Part shown: piece after piece, positions 1 through 8,729 of the stretch
Layout of the letters: each line of letters begins with the position of its first letter
Numbering within the stretch: the stretch's first letter is position 1
From: Lutibacter sp. B2
GTDB lineage: Bacteria; Bacillota; Clostridia; Peptostreptococcales; Thermotaleaceae
Assembly (NCBI GenBank): GCA_015686845.1
Contig: JADPRS010000006.1
Span: 66,327-90,326 of the forward strand
Direction: 5' to 3'
DNA length: 24,000 nucleotides
Program-made: the position numbers and the translations under genes
The notes under the pieces: generated by a model
What the model saw: the letters and a program-made list of their open reading frames with translations, nothing else
Told to the model about the DNA's origin: nothing
Database searches by the model: none

Positions 1-1
1 G

Positions 2-373
2 GTTACTGCTATAGCATTTAAACTTAACTATCAGAGCAGTGAATCTCAAAATTTAAGCAAAATAAGTTTTGAACATGCTGCTAACTTACAAGTATTGGAC
101 ACGAAGGGTAACAAAATTGGTGGATTAAGTGTAGCTGTAGATATACAGAAAATAAAAAATACGGATGAGTTTACGATAACATACGATCAACCTTTAAAGA
201 AAGGGGCATACACTATTTCATTTTCTATTGATGCGAATTATGAGAATCAACAGCCTACATCTTTTAATGTGAATATTACAGACTTTAAAGTGAATGATTT
301 TTCAGAGTATATTCAATTTAATCCTCCTAAAACTTTAAAGATGAATGTTGTAGAATTACCTAAACTATTGTAG
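2..373 (+). CDS. C-terminal part of a hypothetical protein whose 5' end lies outside the window, possibly pilus-associated
   Basis: The reading frame is open from base 2 to the TAG at 371-373. The TTG at 95 listed in the ORF track is probably internal. There are no recognisable motifs. A hairpin terminator follows, and two pilin-like genes lie downstream. Confidence 0.5.
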   Translation, partial: VTAIAFKLNYQSSESQNLSKISFEHAANLQVLDTKGNKIGGLSVAVDIQKIKNTDEFTITYDQPLKKGAYTISFSIDANYENQQPTSFNVNITDFKVNDFSEYIQFNPPKTLKMNVVELPKLL

Positions 374-397
374 ATGATATTTAATTAGTTTTGACAT

Positions 398-445
398 AAA
401 AAAGGCACCTAATTTCTTGAATTTAAGAAGTTAAGTGCTTTTTTA
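398..445 (+). terminator. Rho-independent terminator
   Basis: Stem 405-418 (gcacctaatttctt) pairs with 425-438 (aagaagttaagtgc), with one mismatch and one G-U pair. The loop is gaattt and the T-run is at 439-444. An A-run at 398-403 gives it a bidirectional appearance. Confidence 0.7.
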
Positions 446-605
446 TTGTTTTAACGAGAAAAATTAGACTACCAGCTTACGGGGAGATATTTTGGATAAT
501 AGTAGATTAATATTATTATTATGTATAACTTAACAAAATATTGTAAAATATAATCTTAATTTAAAGAAGAAAATATGTCTAAAGGTAGGTGAGTGATATT
601 AGAAT

Positions 606-1226
606 ATGAATTATATAAAAAAAAATAATCAAGGTTTTACACTAATAGAGTTGTTAGTTGCATTAGGCATTATGGGGATTGTTATAAGTGCTATTTTTTC
701 ATTCTTTATATTTAATTATAAAACATTCCTTCGAGCGGATAAACAAGTTGAAGTTCAATACGAAGCACAAATAGCTATGAATGAATTGATCGATCGTGTT
801 ATAGATGTACAAAAGATTGTTAAAATCGAACCTGAAATTGAAGATGAACAATGGCATAACATTAATAAAATAATTTTTAAAACAGAGTATATAGATGATC
901 ATAACAAAGAATGGGTTCGATTAATTCAATTTGACTATAATGATAATAGTATTGATAATAAGTTGAATCGTGGACAAAGTAAACGACTTAAAGAATCTAA
1001 TGAAAATGCTATTATTAGTAGAATGCTTAACAAAATTACTACAAATGAATATGCTTTAAATATTATAAAGTTTCAAGTAAAATTAATTGGTTCTCCATCT
1101 TATAGTGGTGAGAATTATAATGAATGCAAAGGGATTTGTGTGAGAATTATTAGTACGGTAAAAAATACTGAAGTTAAACTTGAAAATGAGATTTACTTTA
1201 GAAATTGGAAAAAACCTCAAATTTAA
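606..1226 (+). CDS. Type IV pilin-like / pseudopilin protein with a prepilin N-terminal cleavage-methylation motif
   Basis: The N-terminus reads MNYIKKNNQG|FTLIELLVALGIMGIV. This is a short basic leader ending in Gly, then Phe at +1, Glu at +5 and a hydrophobic helix, which is the class III (PilD-processed) signal. Confidence 0.8.
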   Translation: MNYIKKNNQGFTLIELLVALGIMGIVISAIFSFFIFNYKTFLRADKQVEVQYEAQIAMNELIDRVIDVQKIVKIEPEIEDEQWHNINKIIFKTEYIDDHNKEWVRLIQFDYNDNSIDNKLNRGQSKRLKESNENAIISRMLNKITTNEYALNIIKFQVKLIGSPSYSGENYNECKGICVRIISTVKNTEVKLENEIYFRNWKKPQI

Positions 1227-1242
1227 AAAAATAGGTGATCAC

Positions 1243-1686
1243 ATGTTTAAGCAAAATAACAAAAAAGGATTTACGATAATAGAACTATTAATAACAGTAG
1301 CAATACTAGGAATTATAGCTTCTTTATCCATTCCTAAAATAGATCATACAAATCTTCACCTAAAAACCCAAGGAAGATTACTATGTTCAGATTTAAGAGC
1401 AATGAGACTTGCAAGTATGACTGAAGGGGAAGGCTATATGCTATATTTAAGAAAAAATTATTATGTCATAAATAATGGACTGAGAAGAATAAAAAAAGTA
1501 ACATTCGTTCCTAACTACGAAGTATTGCCTGGTAAACAAAGAATCATGTTTAACTACAATGGTTCACCGTCTTATGGTGGAATGACTATTAAGATTATAA
1601 ATAGGAAAACTAAAAAGTATATAGAAATTACGATTGTACCAGCCAGTGGACGAATTTTACTAAAGGATGAAATACATGAATTTTAA
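1243..1686 (+). CDS. Type IV minor pilin / GspH-FimT-like pseudopilin
   Basis: From the ATG at 1243 the protein starts MFKQNNKKG|FTIIELLITVAILGIIASL, a prepilin motif. The SD aggtga at 1233-1238 precedes it. The track ORF start at 1180 overlaps the upstream gene and would bury the leader peptide. Confidence 0.75.
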   Translation: MFKQNNKKGFTIIELLITVAILGIIASLSIPKIDHTNLHLKTQGRLLCSDLRAMRLASMTEGEGYMLYLRKNYYVINNGLRRIKKVTFVPNYEVLPGKQRIMFNYNGSPSYGGMTIKIINRKTKKYIEITIVPASGRILLKDEIHEF

Positions 1687-1851
1687 TATACTTTTAAATT
1701 TTTATGCAGAAATGTGCTATTCGTTGTGTATAATACTAAAGAAAGAATAAATAATTATATTCAAATCAGTAAAATTATGTTATTATATTATATAGTTATG
1801 CACAAAAAAATGTCATTTTTTTAGAAAGTGAACGAATAATTTATTATTGGA

Positions 1852-2922
1852 GTGATTAGATTGTATCGTAGAATTTCTAAATTCAAAGAAATATTGAAAG
1901 AAAAAAAATTAGATGGTGGAATTATTTACAAACCTGAAAACAGAAGATATATGAGTGGATTTACTGGAAGTTCAGGATATGTTTTGATTACAGCAGATAA
2001 AACATTCTTTATTACAGATTTTCGATATATTGAACAATCTAAAAGTGAATGTAAAGAATATGAAATTATTGAGCATAACGACAAGCATACCATTTATTCT
2101 ATCTTAAATGATTTAAATCTAAATAGTTTAGGATTTGAAGAAGATTTTGTTACATATAATCAGTATAAGGAATTCAAAGAAAAATTAAATAAAACAAAAT
2201 TGATACCTCTTGATGGAGCTATAAGTTCTCTAAGAATAATCAAATATGAAGACGAAGTTGCTTCTATAGAAAAAGCTGCATCTATAGCAGATGATGCATT
2301 TAAACATATTTGCGGGTATATTAAACCTGGCATCACTGAGAAAGAAGTAGCAATAGAATTAGAATTTTATATGAAAAGAAAAGGGGCATCTGCTACATCC
2401 TTTGATACAATCGTAGCTTCTGGTGTACGTTCATCTCTACCTCATGGAATCGCTTCTGATAAAGTTATTCAAAATGGCGATTTTATTACTATGGATTTTG
2501 GATGTATCTACAATGGTTATTGTTCTGATATGACTAGAACTGTAGTTTTAGGAAAAGCCAGTGACAAGCAAAAAGAAATTTATAATATTGTATTAGAAGC
2601 TCAAACGAAAGCTTTAGAAGCAATTAAACCTGAAAGAGATTGTGTAGAGATTGATAAGGTAGCTAGAGATATTATTAAATCTAAAGGATTTGGAGAATAT
2701 TTTGGTCATGGACTAGGTCATGGAGTAGGACTTGAAGTACATGAAAACCCAAGATTGTCACCTACTAGTAAGGATTTACTAAAACCAGGCATGGTTGTTA
2801 CGGATGAACCAGGTATTTATATTCCTGATTTTGGAGGAGTGCGAATTGAAGATTTAGTTTTAGTAACACAAACGAATCATAAAGTACTTTCAAAATCACC
2901 TAAAGAATTAATTGAACTATAA
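1852..2922 (+). CDS. Xaa-Pro aminopeptidase/dipeptidase, M24 family (YqhT/PapA-like)
   Basis: It has the M24 pita-bread metal-ligand motifs DFGCIYNGYCSDMTRT, HGLGHGVGLEVHE and GVRIEDLV. Its position immediately upstream of efp is conserved in Firmicutes. The start is uncertain: GTG at 1852 or TTG at 1861, with a ggag SD at 1849-1852. Confidence 0.9.
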   Translation: MIRLYRRISKFKEILKEKKLDGGIIYKPENRRYMSGFTGSSGYVLITADKTFFITDFRYIEQSKSECKEYEIIEHNDKHTIYSILNDLNLNSLGFEEDFVTYNQYKEFKEKLNKTKLIPLDGAISSLRIIKYEDEVASIEKAASIADDAFKHICGYIKPGITEKEVAIELEFYMKRKGASATSFDTIVASGVRSSLPHGIASDKVIQNGDFITMDFGCIYNGYCSDMTRTVVLGKASDKQKEIYNIVLEAQTKALEAIKPERDCVEIDKVARDIIKSKGFGEYFGHGLGHGVGLEVHENPRLSPTSKDLLKPGMVVTDEPGIYIPDFGGVRIEDLVLVTQTNHKVLSKSPKELIEL

Positions 2923-2987
2923 AAAACAATATTAATAGATATAATTATCTAATACTAATATAATTATTTTAACATGGAGGGATACAA

Positions 2988-3545
2988 ATGATTTCAGCAG
3001 GAGATTTTAGAAAAGGTATTACATTTGAAATAAATGGACATCCATTTGTTATTTTGGATTTTCAACACGTAAAGCCTGGTAAAGGAGCTGCATTTGTTAG
3101 AACAAAATACAAAAGTGTATTAACTGGATCTACTCGTGAAGAGGCTTTTAATCCAAATGAAAAATTTAAAAAAGCACTTATTGAAACGAAAGAGATGCAA
3201 TATCTATATTGTGATGGAGATTTATATTATTTCATGGATAATGAAACATTTGAGCAAATTCCATTAACACTTGAAAACGTAGAAGAAGCAATTAAATATA
3301 TAAAAGAAAATGATCCAGCTACAGTAAAATTCTTCAATGGAAAAGCTTACCAAGTTGATCCGCCAAATTTTGTAGAATTAGTAATTACATATACTGAACC
3401 AGCTATCAAAGGAGCTACTGCTACCAATGTAACAAAACCTGCAACAATTGAAACTGGAGCAACAGTTAATGTGCCAGTTTTCATCAACGAAGGTGATAAA
3501 ATAAAAATTGATACTAGAACTGGTGATTATTTATCAAGAGCTTAG
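2988..3545 (+). CDS. efp: Elongation factor P
   Basis: The protein begins [26 protein letters not shown], which includes the conserved KPGKG loop. It is 185 aa long. The SD is ggaggg. Confidence 0.97.
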   Translation: MISAGDFRKGITFEINGHPFVILDFQHVKPGKGAAFVRTKYKSVLTGSTREEAFNPNEKFKKALIETKEMQYLYCDGDLYYFMDNETFEQIPLTLENVEEAIKYIKENDPATVKFFNGKAYQVDPPNFVELVITYTEPAIKGATATNVTKPATIETGATVNVPVFINEGDKIKIDTRTGDYLSRA

Positions 3546-3588
3546 GCAATACTAACATCGTAGATTAACTAGAAGGAGGGCATACACC

Positions 3589-3996
3589 ATGAATTATCTT
3601 TATGAAAAAGTATCCTATTTAAGAGGAATGGCTGAAGGAATGGAAGTAAGTGAATCATCAAAAGAAGGAAAATTAATGCTAAATATTTTAGATCTTCTTG
3701 AAGAGTTTGCAGATGTACTAGGTGAAGTACGTGAAGAGGTAAAAGAGTTAGATGAATATGTGGAGAGTATTGACGAAGATTTAGCAGAAGTAGAAGATGA
3801 ATTATTTGAAGATGATGATGAAGATGATGTTATTGAAGTTGAATGTCCAAATTGCGGTGAAGTTATGTTTGTGGATGATGAAGTATTAGATGATACAGAT
3901 GATGCCACTGAATTAGTTTGTCCAAGTTGTCATGAAAAAATATATATTGAAGAATCATGTTGTGATTCTGATTGTTGTTCAGATCATCATGAGTAA
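3589..3996 (+). CDS. Highly acidic zinc-ribbon protein of unknown function, conserved in clostridia between efp and spoIIIA
   Basis: It has a strong SD (aaggaggg) and two CxxC pairs, CPNCGE and CPSCHE. A long D/E-rich run lies in the middle and a Cys/His-rich tail (CCDSDCCSDHHE) at the end. A perfect terminator follows. Confidence 0.7.
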   Translation: MNYLYEKVSYLRGMAEGMEVSESSKEGKLMLNILDLLEEFADVLGEVREEVKELDEYVESIDEDLAEVEDELFEDDDEDDVIEVECPNCGEVMFVDDEVLDDTDDATELVCPSCHEKIYIEESCCDSDCCSDHHE

Positions 3997-4008
3997 GATC
4001 ATAAGAGA

Positions 4009-4042
4009 AGAACTTAGTATTTAATACTAAGTTCTTTTTTTT
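4009..4042 (+). terminator. Rho-independent terminator
   Basis: A perfect 12-bp stem pairs agaacttagtat (4009-4020) with atactaagttct (4024-4035). The loop is tta and a run of seven T follows at 4036-4042. Confidence 0.85.
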
Positions 4043-4070
4043 ATATTATTTTAAATTTTAAGCATAATTT
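4041..4070 (+). promoter_or_regulatory. Candidate sigma-E-type promoter for spoIIIA (weak call)
   Basis: The sequence is ttATAtt (4041-4047), a 15-nt spacer, then CATAATTT (4063-4070). The remembered sigma-E consensus is xxATAxx-N14-CATACAHT. Such matches arise easily by chance in DNA this AT-rich. Confidence 0.2.
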
Positions 4071-4113
4071 GTCCATTATGAAAATATTAATATTATAAAG
4101 GAGGGACAAGGTC

Positions 4114-5115
4114 ATGGATAGTAGTTCATATTTCTTTAATAAAGAAATTCTTGAAGCTTTACCTTTAAATATAAGAGAATTTTTTATAAAAATTCCTTTT
4201 AATGAATGTACAGATATTGAAGAAATAAGATTAAGAATATCAAAACCATTAATGATTTATAAGAAAAATAAAGACTATTTTATTAACAAAAATGGAACTA
4301 TTACCACAGATATAGGGAAAGGTTATATTGTTTCTCAGGACGATATACGAAAATCATATCAATTAATTACAAATTATTCAGTCTATGCTCTTGAAGAAGA
4401 GATTAAAAATGGATTTATTACTTTAAAAGGTGGTCATCGTGTAGGTATATGTGGCAAAACTATTTTGGATAAAGACGGAATAAAGAGTATTCAAGATATA
4501 TCAGGACTAAATATAAGGATAGCAAAACAAAAAGTTGGTATTTCGGATCATCTCATGAAATATTTAATACATGGTTCAGATCAATTTTACAATTCACTTA
4601 TTGTATCTTCACCTCAATGTGGGAAAACCACATTGTTAAGAGATATCATAAGAAACTTGAGTAATGGTATGACAAATTTGAATTTTAAAGGTGTAAAAGT
4701 AGGTGTTGTAGATGAACGTTCAGAAATATGTGGCGTTTGTCATGGAATTGCTCAGAATGATGTGGGTATACGAACAGACGTTCTTGATTCTTGTCCTAAA
4801 GCAGATGGTGTTATGATGCTTCTAAGATCAATGTCTCCTCAGGTAATCGCTACAGATGAAATCGGTAAAAAAGAAGATGCCAATGCAATTGAGGAAGCCC
4901 TTAATGCTGGCGTAAAATTAATAACAACCGTTCATGGAAATGATATTGAAGACTTAGATAAGAGGCCTTACATAAAACCGTTATTAGCTCAAAAGATATT
5001 TGAAAGAATTATCGTGTTATCTAATGATCCAAAGGTAGGAACGATTAAAGAAATTATAGATGGTAAGACCAACAAGGTAATTGTATCCTACCCCAACAAA
5101 AATAAGGGGGCATAA
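4114..5115 (+). CDS. spoIIIAA: Stage III sporulation protein AA (secretion-type ATPase)
   Basis: It has Walker A SSPQCGKTTLLRD and Walker B VIATDEIG. Its length and its position as the first gene of the AA-AH series fit. The SD is aaggaggg. Confidence 0.93.
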   Translation: MDSSSYFFNKEILEALPLNIREFFIKIPFNECTDIEEIRLRISKPLMIYKKNKDYFINKNGTITTDIGKGYIVSQDDIRKSYQLITNYSVYALEEEIKNGFITLKGGHRVGICGKTILDKDGIKSIQDISGLNIRIAKQKVGISDHLMKYLIHGSDQFYNSLIVSSPQCGKTTLLRDIIRNLSNGMTNLNFKGVKVGVVDERSEICGVCHGIAQNDVGIRTDVLDSCPKADGVMMLLRSMSPQVIATDEIGKKEDANAIEEALNAGVKLITTVHGNDIEDLDKRPYIKPLLAQKIFERIIVLSNDPKVGTIKEIIDGKTNKVIVSYPNKNKGA

Positions 5116-5119
5116 GAAA

Positions 5120-5641
5120 TTGATAATAAAAATAGTTCTTTCTATCCTAATTATTATTGCGAGTACCTCTATAGGATATCTTTATTCATATAAACACAAT
5201 CAGCATTCAAGGCAGTTAAAAAAACTGTATACATCCTTTCAATTATTAGAAACTGAAATGATGTATTCGTCTAGTTCATTGCCTTATGCCCTTAATAAGA
5301 TCGGTATGAAAAATAAATATGCACTTAAGAATTTATTTGTAGATACGGCAGAATTACTTTCTAATAAGTGTGGATATAGTTTAGAAGAAGCATGGATTTA
5401 TTCTATAAATAAAAATTTTCATAAAACTTGCTTGAGTGAGAAAGACAAAGAAATATTAATTAGTTTTATTAGAAATTTAGGTTATACAGATAAAGAGCAT
5501 CAGAAAAAATTTTTCCAATCCTTATATTTGGAACTAGAGCAACAACAAAAATTTGCTGATGATTTTTACCAAAAAAATGGGAGATTATATAAAAATCTAG
5601 GTTTATTAACAGGACTTACAATTGTTATTGTATTTATATAG
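5120..5641 (+). CDS. spoIIIAB: Stage III sporulation protein AB
   Basis: It has an N-terminal and a C-terminal TM segment and is 173 aa long when started at the TTG at 5120. The SD aaggggg at 5104-5110 precedes that start. The track ATG at 5081 would overlap spoIIIAA by 35 nt and has no SD. Confidence 0.8.
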   Translation: MIIKIVLSILIIIASTSIGYLYSYKHNQHSRQLKKLYTSFQLLETEMMYSSSSLPYALNKIGMKNKYALKNLFVDTAELLSNKCGYSLEEAWIYSINKNFHKTCLSEKDKEILISFIRNLGYTDKEHQKKFFQSLYLELEQQQKFADDFYQKNGRLYKNLGLLTGLTIVIVFI

Positions 5642-5672
5642 ATATTTACTTAAAAAATAATGAGGAGGGTCT

Positions 5673-5879
5673 ATGATGAATGTTAATGTCGATTTAATTT
5701 TTAAAATTGCTGCAATTGGAATCTTAGTCGCTGTATTAAATCAGGTACTTATAAGAGCTGGAAGAGAAGAACAAGCAATGATGACTACACTAGCAGGAAT
5801 TGTGGTTGTATTATTTATGGTTATACAATTGATTAATGAATTATTTACAACAGTGAAAACCATGTTTCAACTATATTAA
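5673..5879 (+). CDS. spoIIIAC: Stage III sporulation protein AC
   Basis: It is a 68-aa two-TM protein containing IFKIAAIGILVAVLNQVL..AGREEQA, which is typical of SpoIIIAC. The SD is gaggagg. The ATG at 5676 is an equally good start. Confidence 0.9.
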   Translation: MMNVNVDLIFKIAAIGILVAVLNQVLIRAGREEQAMMTTLAGIVVVLFMVIQLINELFTTVKTMFQLY

Positions 5880-5898
5880 ATAACAAAGGGTGACTGTC

Positions 5899-6285
5899 AT
5901 GGAAATTTTTAAAATAGTGGGTATAGGCTTGATTGCTACTGTACTTTCGGTTGTACTTAAAAATCAAAAACCAGAAATATCTTTGCAGATTAGTGTAGTA
6001 ACAGGGTTAGTAATTTTTATTATGATTATTAGCAAATTAGCTTCTGTAGTTGAACTTTTAAATATGGTTGCAAGAAAAATAGATATGGATTTAATGTATC
6101 TAACAACTATTTTGAAAATTGTGGGTATTGCATACATCGCAGAATTTGGCGCACAAGTTTGTAGAGATGCTGGAGAAGGTGCAATTGCTTCTAAAATTGA
6201 ATTGTCAGGAAAAATATTGATTATGGTACTTGCAATTCCAATTCTAATTGCATTATTAAATATTATTTTGCAACTAATGCCATAG
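5899..6285 (+). CDS. spoIIIAD: Stage III sporulation protein AD
   Basis: It contains the conserved SpoIIIAD core IVGIAYIAEFGAQVCRDAGEGAIASKIELSGKILI. The ATG at 5899 follows the SD aaaggg. The GTG at 5890 in the track is less likely. Confidence 0.9.
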   Translation: MEIFKIVGIGLIATVLSVVLKNQKPEISLQISVVTGLVIFIMIISKLASVVELLNMVARKIDMDLMYLTTILKIVGIAYIAEFGAQVCRDAGEGAIASKIELSGKILIMVLAIPILIALLNIILQLMP

Positions 6286-6296
6286 GATGTGAAAAG

Positions 6297-7478
6297 ATGA
6301 AACGATTATATATCATACTATTATTAATAATCTTAAGTACAAGTATTTCTTATTCTTCTGAATTAAATAATAAAGAACCTCTAAGTGATAATACAATTAT
6401 TATGGATCAGCTAAATAATATAGATATGAACGATTTAGAAAAGGTTATTGATAATATGAATAACCAAACACAGGATTATTTTCCTAAATTAGATATTAAA
6501 TCAATGATTGGTAGTTTGATCAAAGGGGAAGGAAATTATTCTGTAAAAGATTTGCTAAATGGCGTTTTAAAGGTCATTTTTAAAGAAACGGTAGCCAATT
6601 CTACAATCTTAATCAAACTAATCATATTATCTATTATTTGTACATTGCTTAGTAATTTATCTAGTGCTTTTGAAAGTGATACTGTATCAAAGTTAGCCTA
6701 TGCAGTATGCTACCTTGTCATTATTGCATTATCCATAAAAAGTTTTTCCACTGCTATAGCTATTGGAACTGAAGCAATAGATGAAATGGTTTCATTTATA
6801 CAAGCATTATTACCCATATTGATTACTTTTTTAATGAGTATGGGCGCCATTACTACTGCAGCAATATTTCAACCAATCATTTTTACATCTATAGGAATAA
6901 TAAGTACATTAATGAAAGATATGATTATGCCAATGGTGTTTTTTTCTGGAATTCTTGCAATCGTAAATAATCTATCTTCTAAAATACAAGTTTCAAAACT
7001 ATCTTCATTATTGAAACAAAGTGCTGTAGTTCTTATGAGTTTTATTTTAACTATATTTAGCGGCGTAATAACAATTCAAGGAATTGCTGCCTCTACCAGT
7101 GATGGTGTTACATTAAGAACAGCTAAATTTGCTACTGAAAATTTCATTCCAATTGTAGGTGGATTTATTTCAGAGGCATTCGATACCATTATAGGATGTT
7201 CATTATTACTAAAAAACACCATAGGTATTATTGGTTTAATTACTTTATTTGTGATCGTGATTATGCCACTACTGAAAATATTATCACTAATTATTATATA
7301 TAAAATTACTGCAGCTGTAATAGAGCCTATCACAGACAGTAAATTGACAAATTGTTTGAATGAGATTAGCAATGCTATGGTTTTAGTTTTTGCAAGCGTA
7401 ACTTGTGTAGCTATTATGTTCTTTGTAGCAGTCACGATCATAGTAGCAGCAGGAAATGTTACTTTGATGATGAGGTAG
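6297..7478 (+). CDS. spoIIIAE: Stage III sporulation protein AE (polytopic membrane protein)
   Basis: It is 393 aa long, with an N-terminal signal sequence followed by multiple TM segments. Its position in the operon fits. Confidence 0.9.
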   Translation: MKRLYIILLLIILSTSISYSSELNNKEPLSDNTIIMDQLNNIDMNDLEKVIDNMNNQTQDYFPKLDIKSMIGSLIKGEGNYSVKDLLNGVLKVIFKETVANSTILIKLIILSIICTLLSNLSSAFESDTVSKLAYAVCYLVIIALSIKSFSTAIAIGTEAIDEMVSFIQALLPILITFLMSMGAITTAAIFQPIIFTSIGIISTLMKDMIMPMVFFSGILAIVNNLSSKIQVSKLSSLLKQSAVVLMSFILTIFSGVITIQGIAASTSDGVTLRTAKFATENFIPIVGGFISEAFDTIIGCSLLLKNTIGIIGLITLFVIVIMPLLKILSLIIIYKITAAVIEPITDSKLTNCLNEISNAMVLVFASVTCVAIMFFVAVTIIVAAGNVTLMMR

Positions 7479-7486
7479 GTGGAAAA

Positions 7487-8110
7487 ATGTTTGATTTCTT
7501 AAAAGATTGGATAAAAAATATAGTGATTCTAATTATCTTCATAACCATGTTAGAATTATTATTGCCAAACAGTTCTATGAAAAAATATGTAAATATGGTT
7601 GTAGGACTACTACTTATTATTGTTATTCTAAATCCTTTGGTACTAATCGTAAACAAAAACATAGATATTGAGAATGAAGTTTTTAAAACATCTGTTGAAA
7701 TTGATAAAAATGCTGTAGTTCTGACTCATAGTAATCTTGAAAAGACACAAGAAAATCAAATGATTCAAGTATATAAAAGAAAAATAGAACAACATATAAA
7801 AGAAAGAGTTTTACATAACAATCCAGTAGATGTAAAAAACGTTTATATGGAAATAGATGAAGATCAAACAAGTGATAATTTTGGAAATATCCAAAATTTA
7901 AAAATAGAATTATCACCAAATGTAGAAAAAAAATCAGATAATGAAAACTTACAACCCGTATCTCAAATCCTGGTTGATATTAAAAGTAATAAAGAGAATG
8001 ATACAGAACATGAACAAATAGATGAACAGATTGTTAATCAAATAAGAGAAGATATGGCTGAATTTTATAGCATAAATTCTAAAAATGTAGTGATTAATGT
8101 TAAACAATAG
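7487..8110 (+). CDS. spoIIIAF: Stage III sporulation protein AF
   Basis: The ATG at 7487 follows the SD gaggtaggtgg. The N-terminus is MFDFLKDWIKNIVILIIFITMLELLLP, and two TM segments precede a soluble domain. It is 207 aa long. The track start at 7403 lies inside spoIIIAE. Confidence 0.85.
   Translation: MFDFLKDWIKNIVILIIFITMLELLLPNSSMKKYVNMVVGLLLIIVILNPLVLIVNKNIDIENEVFKTSVEIDKNAVVLTHSNLEKTQENQMIQVYKRKIEQHIKERVLHNNPVDVKNVYMEIDEDQTSDNFGNIQNLKIELSPNVEKKSDNENLQPVSQILVDIKSNKENDTEHEQIDEQIVNQIREDMAEFYSINSKNVVINVKQ
8050..8078 (+). promoter_or_regulatory. Candidate internal sigma-E-type promoter ahead of spoIIIAG (weak call)
   Basis: The sequence is agATAtg (8050-8056), a 14-nt spacer, then CATAAATT (8071-8078). 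It lies inside the 3' end of spoIIIAF. B. subtilis has an internal promoter upstream of spoIIIAG. Confidence 0.25.
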
Positions 8111-8120
8111 GAGGTCTATT

Positions 8121-8708
8121 ATGAATATCTTTGAAAAATTAAAAGAAATATTGAGTAATAAAGAAGAAAAAAAACTCATTAATAATTTGATGATTATAGT
8201 ATTAATATGTACAATCGGATTAATAACATGGGATACTTTTTCTTCTCAAAAGAAAATTTCCAATGTGGGTACATCTGATAAAGCACAAGAAGATAGTAAT
8301 GAATATAATAATGGATATCAATCGCAAACTGAAGCACAACTCAAAAAAATCCTTAGCCAAATTAAAGGGGTTGGCGAAGTCGATGTAATGATCACTTATG
8401 AAACAAGTGCTGAAGTGGTTCCAGCAATTAATGTAACAAAATCTAGTCAGTTAACAGAAGAAAAAGATGCACAAGGAGGTGTAAGAACAACAACTCAAGA
8501 AGATTCTAGTCAAAATATTGTAACAACAAATCAAAAGAATGATTTAATTGTTATAAAGGAAATTAAACCAGATATAAAAGGGGTAGTAATAGTTGCGAAA
8601 GGTGCAAGTGATATAGGGGTTAAAAATGAATTGATAGAAGCAGTTCGTACTATTTTTCAAATACCATCTTTTAAAGTTATGGTCTACGAAAAAGATGAAA
8701 CAAATTAA
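8121..8708 (+). CDS. spoIIIAG: Stage III sporulation protein AG
   Basis: The ATG at 8121 follows the SD aggagg. A single N-terminal TM segment is present. The C-terminal ring-building-type domain ends IKGVVIVAKGASD..FKVMVYE. Confidence 0.88.
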   Translation: MNIFEKLKEILSNKEEKKLINNLMIIVLICTIGLITWDTFSSQKKISNVGTSDKAQEDSNEYNNGYQSQTEAQLKKILSQIKGVGEVDVMITYETSAEVVPAINVTKSSQLTEEKDAQGGVRTTTQEDSSQNIVTTNQKNDLIVIKEIKPDIKGVVIVAKGASDIGVKNELIEAVRTIFQIPSFKVMVYEKDETN

Positions 8709-8729
8709 TCTGTTTAGGGGGAGATTACT

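Noticed and set aside
447-605. Possible c-di-GMP or other riboswitch ahead of the pilin genes, including a small G+C-richer patch gactaccagcttacggggag at 467-486
   Set aside because: I found no recognisable GEMM-I or GEMM-II conserved cores or convincing helices. The region is short and mostly A/T. It needs a cmsearch before anything can be claimed.
1729-1734. TATAAT hexamers as promoters upstream of the pepP-like gene and at 549-554 upstream of the first pilin gene
   Set aside because: No acceptable -35 element lies at 16-18 nt spacing. TATAAT occurs by chance very often at this base composition.
2937-2952. A small hairpin tagata-taat-tatcta between the peptidase gene and efp, and tatttc/gaaata at 17103-17127 upstream of dxs
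   Set aside because: Both are 6-bp, purely A/T stems without U-tracts. They are thermodynamically marginal and expected by chance.
3615-3908. A 97-aa minus-strand ORF rich in Ser (…SSSSSSNNSSS…)
   Set aside because: It is the antisense shadow of the GAA/GAT-rich acidic zinc-ribbon gene. It is low-complexity and has no SD.
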